Of a DNA stretch of 64,000 nt, positions 40,561-50,900 are shown in pieces (the stretch's first letter is position 1; every line of letters starts with the position of its first letter). The stretch comes from an uncultured Lachnospiraceae bacterium. Its GTDB lineage: Bacteria > Bacillota > Clostridia > Lachnospirales > Lachnospiraceae. The notes beneath the pieces are model-generated. The model made no database searches, was not told the DNA's origin, and was given only the letters and a program-made list of their open reading frames with translations. A program made the translations under genes and the position numbers. Location of the stretch: assembly GCA_934317005.1 (NCBI GenBank), contig CAKREB010000008.1, forward strand, positions 82,258 to 146,257. Reading direction: 5' to 3'.

Positions 40561-41574
40561 TCACACTATGGTTTTATAAAAGCGGATGGTAAATACAGCT
40601 CCTTTTTCCCGTCCGTTTTTTACCTGTACGGTTCCATTCTGCTCCTGAATGATCTTTTGTGCCAATGACAATCCGATCCCTACACTATCTGCAGGATTCT
40701 GCTTTCCCTTATAGAACCGTTCAAACAGATGTGGCATATCTTCTTTTGCAATTCCCTCTCCCTCGTCTGAGATTACGATTTCTGTATAGATCATATTTTC
40801 CGATGCCGTCACATGTATCGTACTGCCGGCGTCAGAATGTTCCATGCAATTTTTTAGAATGTTGCTGACCGCCTCTGTACTCCAGGAAAGATCCCCCTGA
40901 TAGCCGCTTCCCGGTTCTATATGACAATCCCAGCCGATATCATGCAGATCCATCGGAATTGCAATTAGCTGATAAGCACTGTTGAGCATCTCCTGAACCG
41001 ATACGGTTTCTTTTTTAATCCCGGATGTACCGGCATCCAGACGCGACATCTTAAGCAAAGCATAGATCAGCCATTCGATCCTGCCGAGCAGCTCGATCAT
41101 TTCCCGAACTAGTTCTTTGCGACGATGAAGCTCTAAATCATCCTCATTCAAAAAATTTGCCAGAAGCCGCAGGGAAGTAAGCGGTGTTTTTAACTGATGC
41201 GAAATATCTGCCAGCGCATCTGCCAAGAAAATCTTGTCTTTTTGCAAATCCCCCGCCTGTTCCCTGAGACGTAATATCAATTTATTTAACTGATCATACA
41301 GGATTGCCAGTTCGCCTTCCTGACAGTCCTGCAAAAGTGTCATATGATCATCATGCAGTGCATTGTCTAACCGCTCTGACATAACCGCTATCTGCCGGTA
41401 ACGCTTCGCGGTATAGTACAAATGAAGAATAAGAGCTGCAATTCCGGCAGCACCCACTGTCACTGCTCCTTTACTTCCTGACAGGATTCCGGTCAAAATA
41501 GTCGCTGCCAGATATATGACCATAAAAGAAAGACATTCTTTTTTGATCTCCGGATTTCTAAAAAATTTCATCAT
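40561..41574 (-). CDS. Intramembrane-sensing histidine kinase (BceS-like: 2 TM, no sensor domain)
   Basis: 337 aa; two N-terminal TMs, then HisKA ISHQLKTPLTSL and HATPase. Confidence 0.75.
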   Translation of the reverse strand: MMKFFRNPEIKKECLSFMVIYLAATILTGILSGSKGAVTVGAAGIAALILHLYYTAKRYRQIAVMSERLDNALHDDHMTLLQDCQEGELAILYDQLNKLILRLREQAGDLQKDKIFLADALADISHQLKTPLTSLRLLANFLNEDDLELHRRKELVREMIELLGRIEWLIYALLKMSRLDAGTSGIKKETVSVQEMLNSAYQLIAIPMDLHDIGWDCHIEPGSGYQGDLSWSTEAVSNILKNCMEHSDAGSTIHVTASENMIYTEIVISDEGEGIAKEDMPHLFERFYKGKQNPADSVGIGLSLAQKIIQEQNGTVQVKNGREKGAVFTIRFYKTIV

Positions 41575-41589
41575 TTTCTCTACTTTCTG

Positions 41590-42264
41590 TTACATTGCGC
41601 GATATCCCATTCCGCGGATCGTCCGGATCAGTACCGGATTTTGCGGATCGGTTTCTATCTTCTGACGCAGTCTTTTGATATAGACGGTCAGCGTATTATC
41701 ATTGACATATTCTCCTGCAGCGTCCCAGATTTCCTCCAGCAATTGATTCCTTGTCAGAACGATTCCCTGATGGTTCATAAAAAACAGAAGCAGGCGGTAT
41801 TCCAATGCAGACAGATCCAGTTCCTGTCCGTTTTTTGTTACAGTGCCGCCTAAGGTATCTACACAGACATCTCCCATTTCCAGCATCGGTTTTGTTTTAC
41901 CACAGCGGCGCAGAATCCCTTTTATACGCGAAACCAACTCCCTTGGGCGGAACGGTTTGCTGATATAATCATCCGCTCCCATATCCAAACCGGTCACTGT
42001 ACTGTATTCGTCACCGGAGGCAGTCAGAAAAATAACCGGTATCTCTGTCGTTGCCTTGATTGCTGCACAGACAGCAAAGCCATTTCCCTCTGCCAAAGAC
42101 ACATCCAAAAGCACCAGATCAATCTGCGCAGCATGCTCCTCAATCTGCTCCAATGCTTTTTTCTGACCATCTGCCGATATGACAGAAAATCCCTCCTCTT
42201 TTAAAAATAGACTGAGATTTTTTACAATCTCCCGGTCATCCTCTACTAATAAAATATGAAACAT
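41590..42264 (-). CDS. OmpR-family response regulator (BceR-like)
   Basis: MFHILLVEDD...REC + winged helix. Confidence 0.85.
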   Translation of the reverse strand: MFHILLVEDDREIVKNLSLFLKEEGFSVISADGQKKALEQIEEHAAQIDLVLLDVSLAEGNGFAVCAAIKATTEIPVIFLTASGDEYSTVTGLDMGADDYISKPFRPRELVSRIKGILRRCGKTKPMLEMGDVCVDTLGGTVTKNGQELDLSALEYRLLLFFMNHQGIVLTRNQLLEEIWDAAGEYVNDNTLTVYIKRLRQKIETDPQNPVLIRTIRGMGYRAM

Positions 42265-42371
42265 CTTTCTTTTTTCCTTTTTGGTCTATTGTTTGCTGTT
42301 TATTATTCCACACCTTTTCCGACATTGCAACATCCCACTACGTTCTTTCTTATATTTGCAATGCAGGACGT

Positions 42372-43139
42372 TTATTTCACCTTGCTATATACTTCGTCAG
42401 AAACCGGCTCGCACCACTCATTAGAACACTCTGTTCCCGGTACTTCTACAGCCAGATGCGAGAACCATTCATTTGGTGCAGCTCCATGCCAGTGTTTTAC
42501 TTCCGGCGGAATATTAATGCAGTCACCCGGCTTCATCTCAATCGGGTCTTTTCCTTCCTCCTGATAATAACCACGGCCGGCAACACACACAAGGATCTGT
42601 CCCCCACCTGTTTTGGCATGATGAATATGCCAGTTATTCCGGCATCCCGGCTCAAACGTTACATTAAAGATACCAACTTGATCGGTTGATACCGGCGCCA
42701 AATAGCTGTTTCCAATGAAATACTGCGCAAATGCATCATTTGGTGCACCGATTGGAAATACCATAGACTTTGCATGTGCTCTCATCGCTTCATCCTCGTA
42801 TGGCAGATCCCCCTCTGACACATTCCATACTTCCTTTGCCAGATTAAATACTGCCCATCCCTTTGGCCATCCTGTATAAAATGCCGTATGTGTGATGATC
42901 GCTGCGATCTCTTTCTGTGTCACTCCATGATCCTTTGCATTCTGCAGATGAAAACGCAGAGAAGAATCGGTGATGCCGGAAGCCATCAAAGCTACAACGG
43001 TTATGATACTTCTTGTCTTTCCATCAATATCCTGATTATTCCAGTTTTCACCAAAAAGAACATCATCATTAAAATGTGCAAATGCCGGTGCAAATTCTCC
43101 CAGTGCATTTCTTCCTGCTGTCTGTACGATTTTTTCCAT
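42372..43139 (-). CDS. Carboxymuconolactone-decarboxylase (AhpD-like) domain fused to a C-terminal cupin domain
   Basis: CMD pattern in residues 20-120 (from MEKIVQT); cupin GxxxHxH..G..E..H-like (NNWHIHHAKTGGGQILVC...PPEVKHWHGA). Confidence 0.55.
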   Translation of the reverse strand: MEKIVQTAGRNALGEFAPAFAHFNDDVLFGENWNNQDIDGKTRSIITVVALMASGITDSSLRFHLQNAKDHGVTQKEIAAIITHTAFYTGWPKGWAVFNLAKEVWNVSEGDLPYEDEAMRAHAKSMVFPIGAPNDAFAQYFIGNSYLAPVSTDQVGIFNVTFEPGCRNNWHIHHAKTGGGQILVCVAGRGYYQEEGKDPIEMKPGDCINIPPEVKHWHGAAPNEWFSHLAVEVPGTECSNEWCEPVSDEVYSKVK

Positions 43140-43383
43140 AATAATACCTATGCCTTTCCGTAGCCTGCAAACTCTGGACTGCAGGCACAATAACTAAAAT
43201 ATGCTACCAGCTTTTTTTCATTGTCATCTTCCTTTCTGTCTTTGAAACATTTTTTGAGTGATAGAAAACTATGACATTTCTATGATTGTGTTGTTGCTCT
43301 CAGAAATGTTTTTCATGTTATTTTGATACTTCTATTGTATCTGCGAGGTCTTTTTATGTCCAATGCTTATATATGATACTTTA

Positions 43384-43698
43384 CTATGCTTCAAAGGCAT
43401 TAATTTCTCCAATAAAAGCCCGTACCACACGGGAATGTGGAATATTCCTGCGCCATGCAATGACTGTGTTTGCGCTAATTTCAGGAGAAAGTCTTCTTTG
43501 TACAATCAGATCCTCACGCCAGTATTTGATAGCTCCTTCAATAGAGACCTGATATTCCAGACCGTTTATGACCATCACCCCTGCATTCGTACCAAGATTA
43601 CTGGTAAATGCAACATTTAACCGGTCATAATCTTTCCCAAACCAATTGGCAAGCTCACTCTGCACACTGGTTCTTTCCGGCAGTATCAAAGGTTTCAT
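43384..43698 (-). pseudogene. Orphan LysR-type regulator C-terminal (substrate-binding) fragment lacking the HTH
   Basis: 104-aa ORF ending ISANTVIAWRRNIPHSRVVRAFIGEI (typical LysR C-terminus) abuts the stop of a complete LysR gene. Confidence 0.4.
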
Positions 43699-43704
43699 CG
43701 TATA

Positions 43705-44610
43705 TTACACTGACTTTGATACAAATTCCTCCAAAAGCAATTTCTTCCATTTCTGTGCGGCAATACTCATAGAACGTTTCGAATCATAAACCATACTGAC
43801 ATAACGCATAGGAATGCTATCTTTTAACATAACTTGAAAGATCTCTTGATTACTTATGGCTTTTCTTGCCATGATCTCCGGTAAGAATGCCAGACCAAGT
43901 TCACTTTTTACCAACGGTAGTACCTGATCTGTGGTAGCAGCCTCTATATCAGGTGCAAAAGGCACTTTCTTAGATAGAAACAACTGATTATAAAATTGAT
44001 ACGTTGTTGTACCTGTTCCCAGGCAGATAAAAGGATACTTTTTTAAATCAGATAATAACAACGTCTGTTTTGTAAGTGCCATAAAAGTGTTTCCTGCCAC
44101 TAAGATTTCCTGAAATTTCTGAAGTTTCATTGCCTTTAATGGTGATTCCAGTTTTATTGGTGTCGTAACAACCGCAAAATCAATTTCTCCATTTCGCACT
44201 GCCTGCACCGCCTGTGGAGTGGAATAATTATATAGTTTTAAGCGCACTCCCGGGTAAGTGATATGAAACTTCTTTAGCCGGTCAAGCAGATATATGTTCA
44301 AAGCGATTTCACTGGCTCCAATGGAGATGCTGCCATGCTCCAGTCTGGCACAACTCAATAATTCTTCTTCTGCCAATTGAAACTGCATCATGGCTGCCGC
44401 TACTCGCTCATACAGCTTTTCGCCTTCCGGTGTTAAATAAACACCCCGGTTTGTCCTGACAAATAAAATGCAATTGATTTCCTGTTCCAGGCAATTCATT
44501 GCACGTGTAACATTCGGCTGACTGCTTCCTAATGCATGTGCTGCCTTTGTAAAGTTATTGTATTTTGCCACATAATAAAATATTTTATAGTATTCAAAAT
44601 TTACATTCAT
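43705..44610 (-). CDS. LysR-family transcriptional regulator
   Basis: HTH YYKIFYYVAKYNNFTKAAHALGSSQPNVTRAMNCLEQEI and a substrate-binding domain; start at MNVNFEYY with an RBS. Confidence 0.8.
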   Translation of the reverse strand: MNVNFEYYKIFYYVAKYNNFTKAAHALGSSQPNVTRAMNCLEQEINCILFVRTNRGVYLTPEGEKLYERVAAAMMQFQLAEEELLSCARLEHGSISIGASEIALNIYLLDRLKKFHITYPGVRLKLYNYSTPQAVQAVRNGEIDFAVVTTPIKLESPLKAMKLQKFQEILVAGNTFMALTKQTLLLSDLKKYPFICLGTGTTTYQFYNQLFLSKKVPFAPDIEAATTDQVLPLVKSELGLAFLPEIMARKAISNQEIFQVMLKDSIPMRYVSMVYDSKRSMSIAAQKWKKLLLEEFVSKSV

Positions 44611-44792
44611 TCTGGTCCTCTCTGACATATCATATATATATATCTGCCATATCAATAATAGTCTTTACTTATCTCTATCTTCCTATTATAATCATTCTAA
44701 AACAAAAGACAATATATAGCAGATACTATCGGGCATACATTGCAAATGATTTATGAAAAACGATATTTAAATTATATCAGGGAGATGATTTT

Positions 44793-45590
44793 ATGTCATT
44801 AGTACTACCAAGAGAACAAGCTGTGGAAAATATTTTTTCTAGGATTTTGGCTTCAGATAAAGCCTGTGAAAGACTGATTGAAACATTTTACGATCATTTG
44901 TGCGATGACAATCGCTATATGGATCCGGATCCTCACCACTTTGCAGAAGTTTTACTGACCGCATATAAGAATGGTGATGTAAGTGCACTCTTATTAGAGC
45001 TGTGCCACCGCAGTATGTTTGACCTCTTAAAAGAAGCCTATCTGATTCCAAGACGTTTTCACGGAAAAGCCGGGGAAAATCCGGTGCTTTTAACCGATGC
45101 AGACGGTAATCTGTTAGAAGAGAAAAAATCATCTGTAACGAAACATGAATATAAAAAATTTCAGGAAATTTATAATGCGCATCCTGCCGCTCCACGTTCC
45201 AAGCTCTATCTTGCTGACGGTTATCATCTTGTCCGCTACTATACTACGGATATGAATATCTGTGAAAAGCAGGAAAATAAGGAACGAGGTATTTTAATCT
45301 TATACGCACTTCCAGATACCAAAAAGTTAAACCTCACGGAGGCCCAGGCATATGATGTCATCTGGTCAACTTTTCACGATATCCAAAGGGAAGCTTTTTC
45401 TGCCGTTGTATTTTATGGGCAGGAAACCGGAACAAAGTCCGGAAAATCTTTTGATGAGTTAGGCGTTCTTTTGCCAATTCACCAGTTTGAGAATAAAATG
45501 CTTCACCATCTTTCTGCCATTGATGGACTGGTTTTATCCTGCCGCGAAAAAATGATAAAAGTTGCCGGTACTAATAGTCTAGATTTATAG
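44793..45590 (+). CDS. Hypothetical protein (265 aa), divergent from the LysR gene
   Basis: Good RBS GGAGATG; no recognisable family. Confidence 0.5.
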   Translation: MSLVLPREQAVENIFSRILASDKACERLIETFYDHLCDDNRYMDPDPHHFAEVLLTAYKNGDVSALLLELCHRSMFDLLKEAYLIPRRFHGKAGENPVLLTDADGNLLEEKKSSVTKHEYKKFQEIYNAHPAAPRSKLYLADGYHLVRYYTTDMNICEKQENKERGILILYALPDTKKLNLTEAQAYDVIWSTFHDIQREAFSAVVFYGQETGTKSGKSFDELGVLLPIHQFENKMLHHLSAIDGLVLSCREKMIKVAGTNSLDL

Positions 45591-45618
45591 TTAATAATAT
45601 AAGGAGTATGATATACAA

Positions 45619-46950
45619 ATGATTTATCAGACAAACATCAAAAAAAATCATATGGATATTCTTTGGCATGAATATGCCGATCCATCCGATACAACTCCCA
45701 TCACAGAAGCAAATCTCTCCGCTAAAGCATCGGTAATCGGACGTGTTGGTATTATGATGCTTGCTTGCGGTACCGGAGCATGGCGTGTCCGAAGCTCCAT
45801 GAACGAACTTTCCGAGTTGATGAATATGACATGTACCGTTGATATTGGGCTGATGTCTATTAATTATACCTGTTTCGACGGAAAAGAAAGTTTCAGCCAG
45901 TCTCTATGTTTGACAAATACAGGAGTTAATACTTCTCAACTAAATCGTCTCGAAAAATTTGTGATGAGCTTTTCAGCAAATGAACGGAATAAAAATTGTG
46001 AGGAAATCCATTCTAAGTTAGACCGGATTGAAAAAATCCACGGACTCTACTCTCCTATTGCATTGGCATTGGCAGCAGCACTTGCGTGTGGGTCGTTCAC
46101 TTTCCTTTTGGGTGGAGGCGTCGTAGAAATGATGTGTGCTTTTGTTGGAGCAGGTATTGGAAATTATATCCGATGCAAACTTTCCAAACATCATCTAACC
46201 TTATTTTTATGCATTATTGCTTCCGTTTCAGCTGCCTGCCTTTCCTACACCGTTCTGCTAAAGTTATTAGAGTTGATATTTTCTGTACGCTTGCAGCATG
46301 AAGCCGGTTATATTTGTTCCATGTTATTTATCATTCCTGGATTTCCTTTTATCACAAGCGGCATTGATCTTGCCAAACTGGATATGCGTTCCGGTTCCGA
46401 AAGATTGATGTACTCTTTGATCATTATAACGGTTTCTACGATGACAGCATGGATTCTTGCTATGTTGCTTGGTTTGAAACCAATTCCATTTTTGCCACTG
46501 CATCTTGCTTTATGGCAATGGATCTTGTTTCGATTGCTAACCAGTTTTTGTGGTGTATTTGGATTTTCGATTATGTTTAATAGTCCCATTAAACTTGCCG
46601 TAGCGGCTGCAATCATAGGTGCTATATCTAATACAACCCGTTTGGAACTCATTGATCTTTGCTCTCTTCCGCCTGCTACAGCAGCTTTTATTGGTGCATT
46701 TATTGCCGGTATCCTCGCATCTACGTTAAAGGGGGTAGCCGGATATCCACGAATCTCTATTACAGTTCCATCTATTGTGATCATGGTACCGGGATTATAT
46801 TTATATAAAGGATTCTATAATCTTGGAATTATGAATCTTAGTTCAGCCGCTTCGTGGCTCGCATCCGCATTATTGATTATTTTGGCACTGCCATTAGGTC
46901 TTATCTTTGCCCGTATTCTTACAGATAAAACCTTCCGGTATTGCACTTAA
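45619..46950 (+). CDS. Threonine/serine exporter family protein (ThrE; DUF1212 + DUF3815)
   Basis: 443 aa, a soluble N-terminal half followed by 10 TM; RBS AAGGAG. Confidence 0.65.
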   Translation: MIYQTNIKKNHMDILWHEYADPSDTTPITEANLSAKASVIGRVGIMMLACGTGAWRVRSSMNELSELMNMTCTVDIGLMSINYTCFDGKESFSQSLCLTNTGVNTSQLNRLEKFVMSFSANERNKNCEEIHSKLDRIEKIHGLYSPIALALAAALACGSFTFLLGGGVVEMMCAFVGAGIGNYIRCKLSKHHLTLFLCIIASVSAACLSYTVLLKLLELIFSVRLQHEAGYICSMLFIIPGFPFITSGIDLAKLDMRSGSERLMYSLIIITVSTMTAWILAMLLGLKPIPFLPLHLALWQWILFRLLTSFCGVFGFSIMFNSPIKLAVAAAIIGAISNTTRLELIDLCSLPPATAAFIGAFIAGILASTLKGVAGYPRISITVPSIVIMVPGLYLYKGFYNLGIMNLSSAASWLASALLIILALPLGLIFARILTDKTFRYCT

Positions 46951-46994
46951 TTGCTACAAAACACAATATCAGAAAGCAAAACTAAACAGAAAGC

Positions 46995-47687
46995 GTGGAA
47001 ATCAAAATGAACTCTTTGAAACATTATCGTCCGCAGATACAAATGTCTGAATCTTTTCTTACTGCAGCTCTCTTATCCATATCAGGGGGCTTGCAAGATG
47101 TTTATACCTACATAGCAAGAGGCCATGTATTTGCAAATGCCCAGACCGGAAATATTGTTTTACTCAGTCAAAATCTTTTTGCTCATAACTGGTATCAGGC
47201 GCTTCATTACTTTATTCCACTTCTATTCTTTTCATTGGGTGTTGCCGCCGCAACACTGATACGGCAATCCTTTCAAAATCTGGAACGCATTCATTGGCGA
47301 CAGATCATCGTCATTTTGGAAATCTTACTGCTTTTTATTGTAGGATTCATCCCTAAAAACCTCAATCTTATTGCCAATGCACTTGTTTCGTTCTCCTGTG
47401 CCATGCAGGTACAGTCCTTTCGAAAAGTTGACAGCTATGCTTTTTCCAGTACCATGTGTATCGGTAATATCCGCAGTGGCATGGAGTCATTATGTTCTTA
47501 CAAACAAAACCATGATAAACAGACCCTTTATAAATCCTTTCACTACTTCGGCATTATTTTCCTTTTTGGACTTGGTGCCGGTTTGGGAAGTGTTCTGATC
47601 TTACATTTTACTATGCGTACTGTATGGTTTTCCTGTCTGCTTTTATTTAGCAGCTTCTCCCTTATGTTTATACAGCAAAAGGAGTGA
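46995..47687 (+). CDS. YoaK-family (DUF1275) membrane protein
   Basis: LSISGGLQDVYTYIARGHVFANAQTGNIVLL pattern; 6 TM. Confidence 0.55.
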   Translation: MEIKMNSLKHYRPQIQMSESFLTAALLSISGGLQDVYTYIARGHVFANAQTGNIVLLSQNLFAHNWYQALHYFIPLLFFSLGVAAATLIRQSFQNLERIHWRQIIVILEILLLFIVGFIPKNLNLIANALVSFSCAMQVQSFRKVDSYAFSSTMCIGNIRSGMESLCSYKQNHDKQTLYKSFHYFGIIFLFGLGAGLGSVLILHFTMRTVWFSCLLLFSSFSLMFIQQKE

Positions 47688-47810
47688 TCTTTTTGCTTTG
47701 ATCTCAGACAAAATAAGCAGCAATAACCGTATTCCTACTGTTATGCTGCTCATTTTGTTCTGTCCAGATATTTCATTAAAAAAACGAAGCATTGTTATGG
47801 AATCAGAAAA

Positions 47811-48065
47811 TCATCCCTGCAAACCATTTGACTGACGAATCATATCCTCCACAACAATATCGTAAATCTCTCCGATGGAATTACAGTACTCTAAAATTTT
47901 CCAAGGTTCATTTGTATGAAAATGAATCTTTACCAAATCTTCATCGCCTGCTGCAATCAGGCTGTTTCCCTTAAAATGTTCTGTAATATAGTCGGATATT
48001 TCATCCTCATCTAAATCTTTATCACGTCTGTCAATCAGCAGCTGTGTATCATAGCGATAGGCAAA
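47811..48065 (-). pseudogene. Remnant of a DAK2-domain (YloV/DhaL-like) gene: 84 codons, no start codon, premature stop
   Basis: Minus-strand frame reads SLIAAGDEDLVKIHFHTNEPWKILEYCNSIGEIYDIVVEDMIRQ, closely matching the end of the YloV DAK2 domain ([43 protein letters not shown]). Confidence 0.5.
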
Positions 48066-48074
48066 CTATTTGAA

Positions 48075-49720
48075 ATGAACGAATTAAGACCAAAGCTTTT
48101 TGATGTAATGAAGCATTACACCAAATCACAGTTATTAAAAGATATAATTTCCGGTATCATCGTTGCAATTATTGCACTTCCACTTTCTATCGCACTTGCC
48201 ATTGCGTCTGGTGTCGGCCCGGAACAGGGACTCTATACAGCAATCATAGCCGGATTCTTTATTTCATTTTTTGGCGGAAACCGTGTACAGAGATTGGCGG
48301 CCCAACTGCTGCTTTTGTCGTTATCATATATGGTATTGTAGCAGAATATGGAACTGACGGGCTCATCGTTGCCACCATTTTAGCCGGTATTATCCTGATA
48401 ATCATGGGATTTTGCCGATTTGGTTCACTGATCAAGTACATTCCTTATACGATTACAACAGGTTTTACATGTGGAATTGCCGTCACTCTTTTTGTCGGGC
48501 AGCTGAAAGACTTTTTGGAACTTGATATTATGTCCGTTCCTTCTGCATTTTTAGACAAGATTATTACTTATGCTAAAAATATCACAACATTAAATGTTAC
48601 TACTACCATAATAGGTATCATAGCAATCTTTATTATGTTGATTTGGCCAAAGCTTACAGATAAAATTCCCGGATCGCTTGTTGCTATCATCACAACTACT
48701 GCCATCGTATATTTTGCAAAACTTCCAGTAAATACGATTGGCAGTGTATATGGTAAACTTAATTCAGCATTTCCAGCATTTCATGTTCCTTCCTTTTCCA
48801 TGAAGCTGATCCAGCAAATGTTTTCTCCGGCATTTACCATTGCCATTCTTGCTGCCATTGAATCACTTCTGTCAGCCGTTGTCTCTGATGGTATGATTGG
48901 CGACACACACAAATCAAATGCAGAGTTGATTGGGCAAGGTCTAGGCAACATCTTTTCCGGATTGTTTGGCGGAATCCCGGCTACCGGCGCTATTGCCAGA
49001 ACAGCTGCCAATGTTAGAAATGGAGGCCGAACTCCGATTGCCGGTATTGCGCATTGTGCCACATTAACCATCATTCTTTTAGTATTAATGCCACTTGCTG
49101 CTCTGATTCCTATGACAACTCTTGCTGCAGTTCTTTTGGTAGTTGCTGCCAATATGGCAGACTGGTCATCTTTTTTCGGTCTCTGTAAAAGTGCTCCCAA
49201 AAGTGATATTATCGTGTTGATAGTAACCTTTTTTCTGACCGTATTTTTTGATCTTGTAGTAGCAATTGAAATTGGTGTCGTCCTTGCTGCACTTCTCTTT
49301 ATGAAGCGTATGGCAGAAACCGCAGATATCAAAGCATGGAAATATACAGATTCTCCAGACATCACTCCGGGAGAAGCAGAAAAGCTTCGTGAAATCCCAC
49401 ACTCTATCAGTGTTTTTGAAATATGTGGACCAATGTTTTTTGCTGCAGCTGATCAAATTTTAAATATCAATAGTAGTCATCACACGAAAGTTGTTGTCAT
49501 CCGGATGCGAAGTGTTCCCGCCATTGATGCAAGTGCAATGCGTTCTTTACATGAGCTTGTCGCACGTGCTAAGAAAAAAAATATTACACTTCTTTTCTCT
49601 CACGTCAATGAACAGCCTATGCATGTCATGGAAAAAGATGGATTTATTGCGTTAGTTGGAAAGCAAAATTTTCATGACAATATTATTGATGCATTAGACT
49701 ATGCCGAAAGTCTTGTGTAA
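48075..49720 (+). pseudogene. SulP-family anion transporter with a C-terminal STAS domain, disrupted by a 2-bp insertion (+2 frameshift) near 48291
   Basis: The 88-aa ORF (GLYTAIIAGFFISFFGGNRVQ) continues as IGGPTAAFVVIIYG... in the +2 frame from 48293, in frame with the 438-aa ORF. The duplicated AG is in cagAGatt. Confidence 0.65.
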
Positions 49721-49726
49721 TCATTG

Positions 49727-50410
49727 TTAGAGAACATCCATACACCATAGAAACGCTTTTGCACAGCGAAAGCCTATCTCTTTAAAATGATTGCCCTCGT
49801 TCCATTCCAGAATGGTTGAAATTCCTTGTTTTTTTAGCTGTTCTTGTTGAACGCAGATACATTCTCCCACCGTTGCCATGATTCTGTTTCTATTCTTCTC
49901 TTCCTTTTTTCCAAGGCTCAGATAAATGGCAGATGTATTCGGTGCAAACGATGTGATGTAATCTTTCCAACCGGGAAACCATACCGACGGAGACGCCGCT
50001 GCAATTGCGTCAAAAAGACTGGTCTGATAAGCACTCCACAGCGAAAATAAACCAGCCAGCGAATATCCTCCCAGAATAACAGGAAGTTTTTCGCTTAATG
50101 CATATTTTTCCCGTACAAAAGGAAGCAGGCTTTCTGATACATAAGAAAGCGTATCCGCTGCACCATTTCCAAAACCATCTTTTCCAAATACCGGCGGTGT
50201 TTTCCAAGGTGACAATTCTTCATTCCAGTTTTTGATCTGAAAGGCAAGATAGAGAAATCCCTTTTTGCTTTCGGATTGTATCCTCATAATCTGCCGCTCC
50301 AATCCTTCTAGATCATACTCGGATACCGGCTGGATCAGAAGATATTCCGGTTCCTCTTCCCGATATACGATACATTCCTTTTCCTGTAACACAAATGTCT
50401 CTTGGTTCAT
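49727..50410 (-). CDS. Alpha/beta-hydrolase fold esterase (putative esterase family)
   Basis: GYSLAG nucleophile-elbow motif; 227 aa. Confidence 0.5.
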   Translation of the reverse strand: MNQETFVLQEKECIVYREEEPEYLLIQPVSEYDLEGLERQIMRIQSESKKGFLYLAFQIKNWNEELSPWKTPPVFGKDGFGNGAADTLSYVSESLLPFVREKYALSEKLPVILGGYSLAGLFSLWSAYQTSLFDAIAAASPSVWFPGWKDYITSFAPNTSAIYLSLGKKEEKNRNRIMATVGECICVQQEQLKKQGISTILEWNEGNHFKEIGFRCAKAFLWCMDVL

Positions 50411-50493
50411 TCTTCTCTCTGCCTCCTACACGGCCTCTGCCCCAGATACAGTCAGCCGGAGCACCATATTTCATCGGTCAGAAAAAGATACCA

Positions 50494-50844
50494 TCAATCC
50501 GACCAGATCGTAGCTCTTTTTCCTTTTTTGTGTGGATATTCACGAATTTTGATAATATAGTCCAAATTTATAATCTGTATCCCCTCTTTGTTTTCCAGCA
50601 CAATTCCACTATCTGTCACTTCTTTTACAACGCCATCTGCTTTTCCGTCTAATAAATTAATATATACATCCTTATCCATAAAACGCTGCACTAATTCTTT
50701 CATAATCTTTCGATTTCCCTCCTGATCCCTTAATTTATGTTTTACGATATTCCTTGCCTTGTACTTCCACCTTCGTTTTTTCGGTAAATACAGATAGAAT
50801 ATTGCGAGCAGCAATATAAAGTACGCATACCATGAAGCTTGCAT
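50494..50844 (-). CDS. Hypothetical membrane-anchored small protein
   Basis: N-terminal TM (WYAYFILLLAIFYLYL); start trimmed to avoid overlapping the Lar-like gene. Confidence 0.3.
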   Translation of the reverse strand: MQASWYAYFILLLAIFYLYLPKKRRWKYKARNIVKHKLRDQEGNRKIMKELVQRFMDKDVYINLLDGKADGVVKEVTDSGIVLENKEGIQIINLDYIIKIREYPHKKGKRATIWSD

Positions 50845-50900
50845 TTTTGCTCCTTTCCCTCCATACAAAGCCATCTTACAAATGGCATTGATCTTATGGA

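Noticed and set aside
48075-48341. 88-aa ORF as a standalone small membrane protein
   Set aside because: It is the N-terminus of the SulP transporter, separated from the rest by a 2-bp frameshift.
48781-49365. Minus-strand 194-aa ORF
   Set aside because: Antisense of the SulP transporter; no independent support.
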